Of a stretch of DNA of 64,000 nucleotides, positions 28,351 to 38,713 are shown piece by piece. The stretch is from an uncultured Erysipelotrichaceae bacterium (lineage in GTDB: Bacteria; Bacillota_I; Bacilli_A; RFN20; CAG-288). The stretch is taken from contig CACYCE010000022.1 in NCBI GenBank assembly GCA_902772915.1, positions 21,760 through 85,759 on the forward strand. The letters run 5' to 3'. The notes under the pieces are model-generated. The model was not told where the DNA came from. It did not search any database and saw nothing but the letters and a program-made list of their open reading frames with translations. The position numbers and the translations under genes were made by a program. Positions within the stretch are counted from its first letter, which is position 1; each line of letters opens with the position of its first letter.

Positions 28351-30605
28351 TATAGATATTCGTGACAGGTTCTAGCGATGACGTCTTCTTGTTGCTCTCT
28401 AGTTAAATCGATAAATTTAACTGCGTAACCGGAGACTCTGATTGTGAAGTTTTGATATTCTTCTTTTTCAGGATGATTCATCGCATCAATTAATTTTTCA
28501 GTTCCGAAGACATTGACATTTAAGTGGTGAGCACCTTGGCTGAAATAGCCATCTAATATTTGAGCAAGATTGTTCTTTCTTTCCGCATCATAATGACCTA
28601 AAGCTTCAGGATTGATAGTTTGAGTGTTAGAAATACCATCTAAAGCATATTCATAAGGTAACTTAGCAACGGAATTTAAAGAAGCTAACAAGCCGTTCTT
28701 CTCCGCTCCATAAGCAGGATTAGCTCCAGGAGAAAGAGGTAAACCGGACTTTCTTCCATCAGGAAGAGTACCTGTTGCTTTACCGTAGACAACATTAGAA
28801 GTGATAGTGAGAATAGAAGTGGTGGGTTCACTATCTCTATAAGTATGATGCTTAGCAATTTTCTTCATGAAAGTCTTCAATAACCAAACAGCTATATCAT
28901 CTGCTCTATCATCATCATTACCATATCTAGGGAAATCACCTTCGATGATGAAATCTTTAGTTATACCTTCTTCATCTCTAACAACTTTAACTCTAGCGTA
29001 TTTAATAGCGGATAAAGAATCGACAACATGAGAAAAACCTGCAATACCAGTAGCGAAAGTTCTTCTGACATTAGTGTCAATTAAAGCCATCTCGGCCGCT
29101 TCGTAATAATATTTATCATGCATGTATTGAATTAAATTCAAAACATTAACGTAAATTCCCGCTAACCACTCCATCATAGCATCGTATTTTTCTATGGCTT
29201 CATCGTAATTTAAAATTTCGGAAGTAATCTTAGCATAAGCAGGTCCAACTTGTTGATGAGTCAATTCATCAACTCCACCATTTAAAGCGTATAAAAGACA
29301 TTTAGCCAAATTAGCTCTCGCCCCAAAAAATTGCATTTCTTTTCCGGTTTGAGTAGCGGAAACACAGCAACAGATAGAATAATCGTCTGTCCAAATAGGT
29401 CTCATAACATCGTCGTTTTCATATTGAATTGATGAAGTCTTAACAGAAATATATGCTGCGTATTTTTTAAAACCATCAGGTAATCTAGTCGACCATAAAA
29501 CAGTTAAATTAGGTTCAGGAGAAGGACCCATATTCTCTAAGGTATGTAAAAATCTAAAGTCATTCTTAGTAACCATACTTCTTCCATCTTGTCCCATACC
29601 CGCAACTTCTAAAGTAGCCCAAACGGGATCTCCAGAGAACAAAGCGTTATAAGAAGGAATTCTAGCGAATTTGACCATTCTAAATTTCATAACTAAATGG
29701 TCGATTAATTCTTGGGCATCTTCCTCAGTTAAAACACCATTATCTAAATCTCTTTGAATATAGATATCTAAGAAAGTAGAAATTCTACCTACCGACATCG
29801 CCGCGCCATTTTGAGTTTTTATGGCAGCTAGATATCCAAAGTATAACCATTGAACAGCTTCTCTTGCATTCTTAGCAGGTTCAGAAATATTAAAGCCGTA
29901 AGATTCAGCCATGATTTTCATTTGCTTTAAAGCTTTAATTTGCATGGAGATTTCTTCTCTCAATCTAATGATGTCATCAGTCATAGTACCATCACCGGTA
30001 TTAGCTAAATCATCTTCTTTTTCTTCAATTAAATTATCAATACCATACAAAGCTACTCTTCTATAATCGCCAACAATTCTTCCTCTACCGTAAGTATCAG
30101 GAAGACCAGTTAAAATCTTGTTGTGTCTACACTTCAACATCTCAGGAGTGTAAGCATCAAAAACACCATCGTTATGAGTCTTATGGTATTCAGTGAAGAT
30201 TTTGTGTAATTCAGGATTAGGAGTATACCCGTAAGTAGTGCAAGCTTGTTCAGCCATCTTAATTCCACCATAAGGCATGAAAGCTCTTTTTAAAGGTTTA
30301 TCAGTTTGAAGTCCTACTACTTTTTCTAACATCTTTCCTTCAGGAGAAATATAACCAGGTTTATAAGCAGTTAAAGATGAGACTACTTCAGTCTCCATAT
30401 CTAAAACACCACCTTTTCTTCTCTCTTCTTTTTGTAAAGCTGATAATTGACCCCACAACTTCTCCGTAGCTTCACTAGGGCCTTTTAAAAATGATTCATC
30501 ACCATCGTAAGGTGTGTAATTATTTTGAATAAAATCTCTAACGTTAATATCTTCTTTCCATTTACGTCCTTTAAAGCCATTCCAAGCTAAGTCAAAATTT
30601 TTCAT
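28350..30605 (-). CDS. pflB: Formate C-acetyltransferase (pyruvate formate-lyase)
   Basis: Start reassigned to [36 protein letters not shown] (canonical PFL N-terminus, RBS AGAAGGA). C-terminal glycyl-radical motif RVSGYAV. Confidence 0.95.
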   Translation of the reverse strand: MKNFDLAWNGFKGRKWKEDINVRDFIQNNYTPYDGDESFLKGPSEATEKLWGQLSALQKEERRKGGVLDMETEVVSSLTAYKPGYISPEGKMLEKVVGLQTDKPLKRAFMPYGGIKMAEQACTTYGYTPNPELHKIFTEYHKTHNDGVFDAYTPEMLKCRHNKILTGLPDTYGRGRIVGDYRRVALYGIDNLIEEKEDDLANTGDGTMTDDIIRLREEISMQIKALKQMKIMAESYGFNISEPAKNAREAVQWLYFGYLAAIKTQNGAAMSVGRISTFLDIYIQRDLDNGVLTEEDAQELIDHLVMKFRMVKFARIPSYNALFSGDPVWATLEVAGMGQDGRSMVTKNDFRFLHTLENMGPSPEPNLTVLWSTRLPDGFKKYAAYISVKTSSIQYENDDVMRPIWTDDYSICCCVSATQTGKEMQFFGARANLAKCLLYALNGGVDELTHQQVGPAYAKITSEILNYDEAIEKYDAMMEWLAGIYVNVLNLIQYMHDKYYYEAAEMALIDTNVRRTFATGIAGFSHVVDSLSAIKYARVKVVRDEEGITKDFIIEGDFPRYGNDDDRADDIAVWLLKTFMKKIAKHHTYRDSEPTTSILTITSNVVYGKATGTLPDGRKSGLPLSPGANPAYGAEKNGLLASLNSVAKLPYEYALDGISNTQTINPEALGHYDAERKNNLAQILDGYFSQGAHHLNVNVFGTEKLIDAMNHPEKEEYQNFTIRVSGYAVKFIDLTREQQEDVIARTCHEYL

Positions 30606-30737
30606 ATCTATAGCCGTCCTTCTAACGCCAATTCTAAAATCGGCTTCATATATAAACTTACCTATTAAAAATAAAGTAAGCAAATGATTTGATAAAGAAA
30701 TTTATAAATTTAATATTTATAAAATTTTATAGCCCAT

Positions 30738-33638
30738 TTATTTACTGAGATTTCTAATCTCATCGAATTTAATTTTTGATTTTTCAATCAATTTTGAGTT
30801 ACCAATAACTACTATAGGAGCATCCTTAATCGCTTTAGTAAAAATTGAAGCGTAATGCTTTATATCTGAGTTATCAGTCTCAATTAATTCTTTAACGTAT
30901 TGTTTTCTCTCTTGATTTGTCCTGTTAACTAACTTTAGATAATAAGCCATCTCTCCTTGAGTGGAGACGTGAATGACAGGATTGAATCCTGCAATCGCAC
31001 CAATCTTACAATTTAATAATTCTTGTTCGCTATAAGATATGTCTTCCAAAAACTTACCTATACCTTTATAAGCGTTAACAGTCTTATCTAAGTTAGGATC
31101 TCTATAGGAACTGATTGAATACAATTTGTTAAAATTGGTATTCATACCTACACCATAAGCCCCGTTTTTTACTCTGACTTCTGAATATAAGTAGTCCATA
31201 TTTACAGCGTTATTTAATACTGCTAAACAGCCTTTGTAATCTGAAGAATTCTCTAATAATTGACCTCCGACACTTACAAAACAGATATCGTAAGGAGCTT
31301 TTATAGCCACATTCTTTTTACAAGGGACAAAATTAAGCTTGCCGGAGTAGGTTTTAGATTGTAATTTCGATGTGAAAACTGATGCGCATTTCTCAAAAGT
31401 CGAATATCCCTCCTTTTCTCCTGTGTAAGCGTAATGTAATCTAAATTTTGAGTAGACGATATGCGTGACCTCTACTAATTTATCGACTATCGCTTTTTTG
31501 TTTGTATCAAAAGTATCGCATAATTCGGATATGAAATCAAAGAAAGAAATACCATTAAATAAATCTTTTATGTAATATTCTAAATACTGTTGAGACAAAA
31601 CTAAATTTCTAGAAAATACATTTCCGTTATAAGCTATACTACTTTCTAAATTGTTCTTTCTTTGAAATAGGATATTTTTCAAATAATCATAGTCATCAAA
31701 CTTAGTTCTAAAAAGTATTTCTTCAACTAATTCATGAGCTTTTTCCATATTCTCATATAAGCATGAGAATCTAACTTCTCCAAAAATCATAGTTTTACCT
31801 TCTACTGTAGTTAAGACACTAGGAGAGAAAGTAATATTACCTAAATAAGTTAAGATTTCATTTCTCAATTCTATTTGAGAATAATTTTCGGTTCTGAATT
31901 TACCTAAACATCCTCCTAATAAAGAAACGTAAGGATAAAGTGAATTATCTAAAGAATCAATATTAAATCTGTAAGTTACATATGCAATACCGTTAGTAGG
32001 TAATATTTGTTTATATAAATCAAAACCATTTAAACTTACTTTTTCTGAATCGAAATCTTTCAAATCAAAATACAAATCTTCTTTTTTCAATTTAGGTAAA
32101 GTATCCAATTGTTCTTGAGTAGGTTGTTCTTCTTGATACTTTCTTAATTCGATTGATTTAGATATTAAATCATCTATTTCTTCAGAGCTTAATTTAGATT
32201 TAATATCTTCTAACTTCAATTTCAATTTCTCTTCTTTTTCTTCTTGGAGAGTTTTAGAAGGAATCATAGTTAATAAGACAGCGTGTTTATTATCTATGAA
32301 TTCTTCTTTTAAAACTTTCTCAAAGAAACCTTCATCGACTTTCGCTTGAAGATTTTTAACCATCTTTACATCTTCTAAACCTAAAGACCAATCTTCTTCA
32401 TCATAGATATAATTACCTAAAGATGTGAGGATAATTTCTAATCCTTTAGGGAAATCCGGCGAGATTCTTTCTTCTTTATTGACAAATTCCATGTGTTTTA
32501 AACGCGATTTAATAAGTTGCTTATCTAGACCTTTATCGGTAATTTCACGTAAAGTTTGATAATAAACATCTAAAAATTTATCTTTCTTTGACAAATCGAC
32601 ATTATTTAAGACTACATTGTTAATAGGTTGAATAATATCATCGTCAAATGAGGCACTTACAGCTTTACAAATACCTTCTTCTAACAATTTCTTTTTTACA
32701 GGTGCACCAGGGGAATTAAAGAGAATATTATTCAATATATCCACAGCAAAACAAGTGTCAATTTTCTTGTAACTATCGATAGCAAAAGCGAAAGCTAAAG
32801 ATACATTATCTTCTTCATCTTCATTTTCATCAATAGGATACTTATATGAAACCTCCTTAATTTCTTTAAATGGTTCTTGATACTTAACTGTGGTGTCGAA
32901 ATCTACCTTGTCAAATTTAGATAGATATTCTCTATCGATAAATTCCATTCTCTCTTCCATATCCATCTTTCCATATAGATAGATATAGGAATTGGAAGGA
33001 ACGTAATATTTCTTGTGGAAATTGCAGAAATCTTCATAAGATAAATTAGGTATGACTTCTGGATCTCCTCCTGATTCATATTGATAACAATTAGATGGAA
33101 ATAAATCGTGGAAAATATTTCTCTGCATTATATCTTCTGAGTTAGAAAAAGCACCTTTCATTTCGTTATAAACAACACCGTTATAAATTAAAGGTTCATC
33201 TTTAGAGAACAACTCGTATCTCCAACCTTCTTGTCTAAAAATCTTTTCGTTAGTTAAAACTTGAGGGAAAAAGACCGCGTCTAAATAAACCGACATTAAA
33301 TTCTTTAAATCTTGCATATTTTGACTAGCGACTGGATAGACAGTTTTATCCGGATAAGTCATAGCATTTAAGAAAGTATTTAAAGAACTCTTTACTAAAT
33401 AAGCAAAAGGATCTTTGACAGGATACTTTTTCGAACCATTTAAAACTGAATGCTCGAGAATGTGAGTTAAGCCATACGAATTGATAGCAGGGGTACGAAA
33501 ACCAATAGTAAAAACTTTATTTTCATCATCATTTTCAATAGTGACGATTCTCGCGCCAGATTTAATGTGTCTATATACTTTAAATTGAGACTTTAATTCT
33601 TCGATATATCTCTCTCCGATTTTTTTATATTTTTCCAT
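30738..33638 (-). CDS. M16 family zinc metallopeptidase, long form (M16C / PreP-like)
   Basis: 966 aa. Inverted zinc-binding motif HILEH (HxxEH) at residues around 60-64. Four-domain size class. Confidence 0.8.
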   Translation of the reverse strand: MEKYKKIGERYIEELKSQFKVYRHIKSGARIVTIENDDENKVFTIGFRTPAINSYGLTHILEHSVLNGSKKYPVKDPFAYLVKSSLNTFLNAMTYPDKTVYPVASQNMQDLKNLMSVYLDAVFFPQVLTNEKIFRQEGWRYELFSKDEPLIYNGVVYNEMKGAFSNSEDIMQRNIFHDLFPSNCYQYESGGDPEVIPNLSYEDFCNFHKKYYVPSNSYIYLYGKMDMEERMEFIDREYLSKFDKVDFDTTVKYQEPFKEIKEVSYKYPIDENEDEEDNVSLAFAFAIDSYKKIDTCFAVDILNNILFNSPGAPVKKKLLEEGICKAVSASFDDDIIQPINNVVLNNVDLSKKDKFLDVYYQTLREITDKGLDKQLIKSRLKHMEFVNKEERISPDFPKGLEIILTSLGNYIYDEEDWSLGLEDVKMVKNLQAKVDEGFFEKVLKEEFIDNKHAVLLTMIPSKTLQEEKEEKLKLKLEDIKSKLSSEEIDDLISKSIELRKYQEEQPTQEQLDTLPKLKKEDLYFDLKDFDSEKVSLNGFDLYKQILPTNGIAYVTYRFNIDSLDNSLYPYVSLLGGCLGKFRTENYSQIELRNEILTYLGNITFSPSVLTTVEGKTMIFGEVRFSCLYENMEKAHELVEEILFRTKFDDYDYLKNILFQRKNNLESSIAYNGNVFSRNLVLSQQYLEYYIKDLFNGISFFDFISELCDTFDTNKKAIVDKLVEVTHIVYSKFRLHYAYTGEKEGYSTFEKCASVFTSKLQSKTYSGKLNFVPCKKNVAIKAPYDICFVSVGGQLLENSSDYKGCLAVLNNAVNMDYLYSEVRVKNGAYGVGMNTNFNKLYSISSYRDPNLDKTVNAYKGIGKFLEDISYSEQELLNCKIGAIAGFNPVIHVSTQGEMAYYLKLVNRTNQERKQYVKELIETDNSDIKHYASIFTKAIKDAPIVVIGNSKLIEKSKIKFDEIRNLSK

Positions 33639-33650
33639 GCTATTTTCTTT

Positions 33651-34661
33651 CTAATTATTTAAATCCACAAATTTATATTCAATGAAATTCATATATTCTT
33701 TTTGGGGAAGCACTATTTCTCTTTTTTCTTTAATGAAAGGTAAATTAATTCCGTTAGGATAAAATTGCATTTCTAGACAAATACCATCGTGCTTATTCAT
33801 AATTTTCTTATTGTTGATAGGAAAATCTACAGGGTAATTTGCTGTATATACAACACAAGAATTATATGAAGTCCTAACTTCTAAACTTCTATTAGATTCC
33901 TCATCGACTAATTTAGCTTGAACTATATCATTATTCACTTCATCTAATAAGAATGGATTATCATACCCGTTAGCGAACAGCAGTACTTTAGAACTAGATA
34001 TATAATCTCCTATTCTTCTTAAAGTCTTAAAATCATATTCTTTCGATGAATTTAATTTAATCGATAGTGTCCTATCATCCACTTCTCCGTAAAGTGAACT
34101 ATTTAAATACAATTTTTCATCTAAGACATTCCTTTTAATATCTCCGCTTAGATTAAAATAAGCGTGATTATTTAAACAAACGATAGATTTTTTTGAGCAT
34201 TGATAAGTATGTATAATTCTTATTTTATTTTCGTTGGAGAAGATTCTATAAGTAATTTTCAATTTCAATTGACCAGGATAACCCCCTTCTCCATCTTCGC
34301 TTGTATAAGAGAAGACGACATCGCAATAAGAATCTCCTTTATTTTCTTCACACATAAATTTCTTAAAAGCCAAGGATTCATTACCACCGTGTAACCCATC
34401 TTTTAAATCACTTTGAATGGTGTATTCTTTCCCATCGATAATAAATTTACCATCTTTAATTCTTCCTGCAGTTCTTCCACAAGTCTTACCAAAATAAGCG
34501 GAGTTATATAGATGATTTTCATAATCGTAAGAATGAACTATAACTGATTCTTTTTTTAACGAACCTTTAACAGGTAACTTAATATCAAAAATACTCGCTC
34601 CAAAAGGAGATAGTATCACTTCCATTCCTTTTTTATTCTCTATAGTAATTAAATCCCTCAT
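33651..34661 (-). CDS. galM: Aldose 1-epimerase (galactose mutarotase) family
   Basis: 336 aa. YFGKTCGRTAGRI and LHGG motifs of the mutarotase family. Confidence 0.75.
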   Translation of the reverse strand: MRDLITIENKKGMEVILSPFGASIFDIKLPVKGSLKKESVIVHSYDYENHLYNSAYFGKTCGRTAGRIKDGKFIIDGKEYTIQSDLKDGLHGGNESLAFKKFMCEENKGDSYCDVVFSYTSEDGEGGYPGQLKLKITYRIFSNENKIRIIHTYQCSKKSIVCLNNHAYFNLSGDIKRNVLDEKLYLNSSLYGEVDDRTLSIKLNSSKEYDFKTLRRIGDYISSSKVLLFANGYDNPFLLDEVNNDIVQAKLVDEESNRSLEVRTSYNSCVVYTANYPVDFPINNKKIMNKHDGICLEMQFYPNGINLPFIKEKREIVLPQKEYMNFIEYKFVDLNN

Positions 34662-34723
34662 ATATAAGCCTCAAACACAAATATAAATCAATAATTGATT
34701 TATAATTATTATAAACCACGATT

Positions 34724-37111
34724 ATGAAACATAAAAAAATAATACAAACTTTATCACTAGAGCAAAAAGTAGAATTAATTACCGGTCACTCCTATTGGTA
34801 CACTAAAGAATTTAAAGAATTAGGAATACCTTCTATTCGAATGTCTGATGGTCCTTATGGATTAAGAATAACTTCATTCATGCAAGAGGAAGCTAAAAAA
34901 TCTACTTGCTTTCCTCCTTTATGTACCTTAGGTAACACCTTCAATGAAGAATTAGCTTACAACATGGGTTTAGCTTTAGGAGAAGAATGTTTAGAAAATA
35001 AAATCGATATTATCTTAGGCCCTGGAATTAACATCAAGAGAAATCCTCTATGTGGAAGAAATTTTGAATATATATCTGAAGATCCTTATTTAAGTGGGAC
35101 TTTAGCATCTAATTACATCAAGGGAGTTCAACAAAAAGGGGTTGGAACTTCTTTAAAACATTTCGCTTGTAATTCTGAAGAGGAAAATAGATGCATATCT
35201 TCTTCTAATGTCGATTTAAGAGCTTTAAGAGAAATATATCTAAAAGGTTTTGAAATAGCGGTTAAGAATTCTTCTCCTACTACCATTATGGCTAGTTACA
35301 ATTTCATCAACGGCATTCAAGCTTGTGAAAATAGTTTTACTTTAACTTCCATCCTTAAAAAGGAGTGGAATTATCAGGGTTTAATAATGTCGGATTGGGG
35401 TGCGATTTATTCTTTAACTGACTGTATTAACGCAGGGCTAGATTTAGAAATGCCCGGAGATTGCAAAGAACATAAAGAAGACTTTATTAAAGATTATAAA
35501 GAAGATAAAGTTGTTAAAGAAAAGTTAGATGAAGCTTGTGATAATGTTATAGATTTAGCTTTAAAATTATCCAAGAACAGAATAGATAATTATAAATTTG
35601 ATAGAGAAAGCCATTTTAAACTCGCTGAAGAAATAGCTTTAGAAGGTTCAGTTCTTTTAAAGAATAAAGACAACATTTTACCTTTAAATAAAAATGATGA
35701 CATCTGCTTAATTGGAGCTTTATGTGAAAAGATGAGATTTGAAGGGTTAGGTTCTTCTCAAGTTAATCCTAATCACAGAAGTTTACCTCTTGAAGAAATT
35801 AGAAAAATAAATAACTACCCTTATTCTCAAGGTTACACTTTAGATGGTACTAAAGATAAAAATCTTATTGATGACGCTATAAATCTAGCTTCTAAACATG
35901 AAAAGATTGTTTTATTTGTAGGTTTAACTCCTATTATTGAATCGGAAGGTTTCAATAGAAAAGATTTAAATCTTCCTTCTAATCAAATAGATTTGATTAA
36001 CGAATTAATCAAGTTAAATAAAAAGATAATTGTCGTTTTATTCAATGGATCGCCGGTGAATTTGGATTTTATAAGATCAATAGATGCTATTTTAGATGTC
36101 TATTTACCAGGTCAAGAAGGTGGAAGCGCCATCAAGAAACTTCTCTTTGGTGAAGCTAACCCTTGTGGTAAATTAAACGAATCTTGGCCTTTAAGAATTG
36201 AAGATACCCCTTCTTATAATTTCTACAACAAGAATCGTTATGAGGAATTCTACGCCGAAAGTATATTTGTAGGATATCGTTATTATTTAACAAGTAGAAT
36301 TGAAACTCTTTTTGATTTTGGATATGGACTATCATACACAAGCTTTAAATATTCTGCTTTGAACATTCAAGGAAATAAAGTTTCATTCAAAATTAAAAAT
36401 GTCGGTCCTTATAAAGGTAAAGAAATCGTTCAATTATACGTCTCTAGATTGAATAAGCCTTCGTTGATATCTCCTAAAGAAGAACTTAAGAATTTCAAAA
36501 AGATTGAATTAGATGTCAATCAAGAAAAAGAAATTCAATTCGAATTGAAAGATGATGATTTTACTTATTTCTCCATTAATGAGAATCGCTTTATTAAAGT
36601 TGAAGGTGAATATTCTATAAGAATTGGAGCATCTTCTTCTGATATTCGCCTAGAAAAAGTAATTAATATTAAAGGCGAAAAAGAAAGAGATGATTATTCT
36701 TCTTACCCTTCATACATGAATATACAATCTAACAATTTTTCTTTAGAAGAATTCAAGAAAATCTTACCTAAAGATATTCCTTATTACTCAAAAGAAGTTA
36801 ATTGTACATGGAGAAGTGATTTTACTGATCTAAGATATTCTTTCTTAGGAAGAATGATATTAAAAATCGCTCTAGGTATATTTAATAAACAAATCAAAAA
36901 AGCAAGTAAACTTCCTAAAGACTCCTATGAAAGAGATGATAGAATAGCTAACGCATATATGATGCAGATATGCGCCCAAAAAGAATGCTTCAATAACGCG
37001 CATTCAGTTAACTTTGGTTACAATAAACGCTTCTTGCAAGGTTTGATGGATATAGGTAATCATCACGCTTTTAAAGGCATTTATAAAATTATTACATCAA
37101 AAAGAAAATAG
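34724..37111 (+). CDS. Glycoside hydrolase family 3 (beta-glucosidase/beta-xylosidase, BglX-like)
   Basis: 795 aa. GH3 N-domain (GIPSIRMSDGPYGLR, GLIMSDWGA with the catalytic Asp context), C-terminal domains and fibronectin-like tail. Confidence 0.85.
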   Translation: MKHKKIIQTLSLEQKVELITGHSYWYTKEFKELGIPSIRMSDGPYGLRITSFMQEEAKKSTCFPPLCTLGNTFNEELAYNMGLALGEECLENKIDIILGPGINIKRNPLCGRNFEYISEDPYLSGTLASNYIKGVQQKGVGTSLKHFACNSEEENRCISSSNVDLRALREIYLKGFEIAVKNSSPTTIMASYNFINGIQACENSFTLTSILKKEWNYQGLIMSDWGAIYSLTDCINAGLDLEMPGDCKEHKEDFIKDYKEDKVVKEKLDEACDNVIDLALKLSKNRIDNYKFDRESHFKLAEEIALEGSVLLKNKDNILPLNKNDDICLIGALCEKMRFEGLGSSQVNPNHRSLPLEEIRKINNYPYSQGYTLDGTKDKNLIDDAINLASKHEKIVLFVGLTPIIESEGFNRKDLNLPSNQIDLINELIKLNKKIIVVLFNGSPVNLDFIRSIDAILDVYLPGQEGGSAIKKLLFGEANPCGKLNESWPLRIEDTPSYNFYNKNRYEEFYAESIFVGYRYYLTSRIETLFDFGYGLSYTSFKYSALNIQGNKVSFKIKNVGPYKGKEIVQLYVSRLNKPSLISPKEELKNFKKIELDVNQEKEIQFELKDDDFTYFSINENRFIKVEGEYSIRIGASSSDIRLEKVINIKGEKERDDYSSYPSYMNIQSNNFSLEEFKKILPKDIPYYSKEVNCTWRSDFTDLRYSFLGRMILKIALGIFNKQIKKASKLPKDSYERDDRIANAYMMQICAQKECFNNAHSVNFGYNKRFLQGLMDIGNHHAFKGIYKIITSKRK

Positions 37112-37125
37112 TGGAGACCTATCCA

Positions 37126-37926
37126 CTATTTCTTCTTAGTTTTCTTATTGGACTTTTCTAAAGTTTCTTCTTCGACGATAGTATCATCGAATTTAGGATG
37201 TCTCTTGAATATTGACTTTTTATTCTTGGAACCTCCTTTACTCATTTCCATTCTATCTCTATCTAGAAGGTAGTTTTCTAATTGGTAGACACTCTTTTCT
37301 TTACCGAAGCAGAATATGTGATCACCGGGGGTGAGAATGTAGTTCTTATCAGGGAATTCAGTCTTTCCATTTCTAGAATATAAAAGAATATTAATACCAA
37401 ATCTTTCACGAGCATTTAAATCTAATAATTTAATAGGATAAACCTTGTTAGAGATTTCCATTTGGAAAACATTGTAACCTTCGGTAACATGATAATAATC
37501 CATAACAGAATCTGAAGAAACTTTTAAAGCTAAGGATTCAGAAGCAATTTCAAAAGGTAACAATACTTCATCCGCCCCGATCTTTAATAATAATTCTTCG
37601 TAATCTTTACTATCAGCACGGCAAGTAATCTTTTTACATCCAATCTTTCTTAAAGCGACGATTGTTAAAATTGAAGTGGCTAAATTAGCTTGATTATCTT
37701 GACCGAAAGCGAGAATAGCATTGTCAACTTGCCCTAGACCTGCTTCTTTTAACGATTCAGCGTTAGTAGAGTCACAAACGACAGCATTTTCAATTACATC
37801 ACCGATCTTAGCGACGTTAGTTTTGTCTTTATCAACACCGATGACATCGACGTTCTTATTAGCTAAAGCATTAACTAAATCAACACCAAATCTACCTAAA
37901 CCAATAACTGCGATTTGTCTTCTCAT
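37126..37926 (-). CDS. ktrA: K+ uptake system peripheral subunit KtrA/TrkA (RCK domain), with a basic/acidic C-terminal tail
   Basis: 266 aa. NAD-binding IAVIGLGRFG and an RCK_C domain. About 40 extra C-terminal residues rich in K/E. Confidence 0.8.
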   Translation of the reverse strand: MRRQIAVIGLGRFGVDLVNALANKNVDVIGVDKDKTNVAKIGDVIENAVVCDSTNAESLKEAGLGQVDNAILAFGQDNQANLATSILTIVALRKIGCKKITCRADSKDYEELLLKIGADEVLLPFEIASESLALKVSSDSVMDYYHVTEGYNVFQMEISNKVYPIKLLDLNARERFGINILLYSRNGKTEFPDKNYILTPGDHIFCFGKEKSVYQLENYLLDRDRMEMSKGGSKNKKSIFKRHPKFDDTIVEEETLEKSNKKTKKK

Positions 37927-37944
37927 ATTTACTTTCCTCCTTTT

Positions 37945-38709
37945 TTAAAACTTATGACCTTTTTTAAGATTGAGCAATCCTAGAGATAGATATTCTAGAG
38001 AAGCTCTAATAGGCCCGATTTGAGTTCTACACACATAAACGTTTTTATATGAATAATGATGATGTCTCAAATACACATCGAATAATCTCTCTGAAATAAA
38101 GCCATATACTCTTTGTTGTTGAACGCTTCTATCAGAAATATCAATTTCTTTTTCTAAAGCGAAGAGAATATCGAACAACCATTTAGAATAAGCATCTATA
38201 ATTTCTTTCTTACAAATGAACATATTTAGAGCGAAGACACGATGACCATTCATAATCGCGTCGTAATCTTCAACATATTCAGGATACATTCTCGATATAA
38301 TTGCTCTAGTTTTATCTAAATCGTCTTTATAATGATTTTTAATATATTGCTTGTAGATGCTCTTGAAGTAAAACAAACTATAAGGAACTATAACGTCATA
38401 TTTAGAAAGAATTTTTTCAATATCCTTTTCTTCTATAGGTTTAAATTTAGTTAAATGGAAACCGTGCTTTTCAAAGAAACGGCGGTAATGAACTAAACCT
38501 ATAATATCGTCAGAGGTGTGTTTCCACATGTAATATAAACCAGTGAGTTCACAATAATATTTATTCTTAGCAGAAATATTGTCTTTATTTCCATCATCGC
38601 GAACATAAGTCTCGTCACTTGTTTTACCTTCCGCCCCAACTAATAATTTTTGATAAATAGGAGGTAATTCTAGATCTATAACTTTATGTGTAATACAATA
38701 TATTTTCAT
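37945..38709 (-). CDS. DUF4422-like protein (glycosyltransferase-like fold) inserted between ktrB and ktrA
   Basis: 254 aa. N-terminal MKIYCITHK ... GLVHYRRFF pattern resembles the DUF4422 family. Confidence 0.45.
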   Translation of the reverse strand: MKIYCITHKVIDLELPPIYQKLLVGAEGKTSDETYVRDDGNKDNISAKNKYYCELTGLYYMWKHTSDDIIGLVHYRRFFEKHGFHLTKFKPIEEKDIEKILSKYDVIVPYSLFYFKSIYKQYIKNHYKDDLDKTRAIISRMYPEYVEDYDAIMNGHRVFALNMFICKKEIIDAYSKWLFDILFALEKEIDISDRSVQQQRVYGFISERLFDVYLRHHHYSYKNVYVCRTQIGPIRASLEYLSLGLLNLKKGHKF

Positions 38710-38713
38710 AATA

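Noticed and set aside
30606-30683. N-terminal 26 codons of the track ORF for pflB ([26 protein letters not shown])
   Set aside because: This is read-through of the 5' leader. The canonical PFL N-terminus, with a good RBS, begins at the internal Met (30605).
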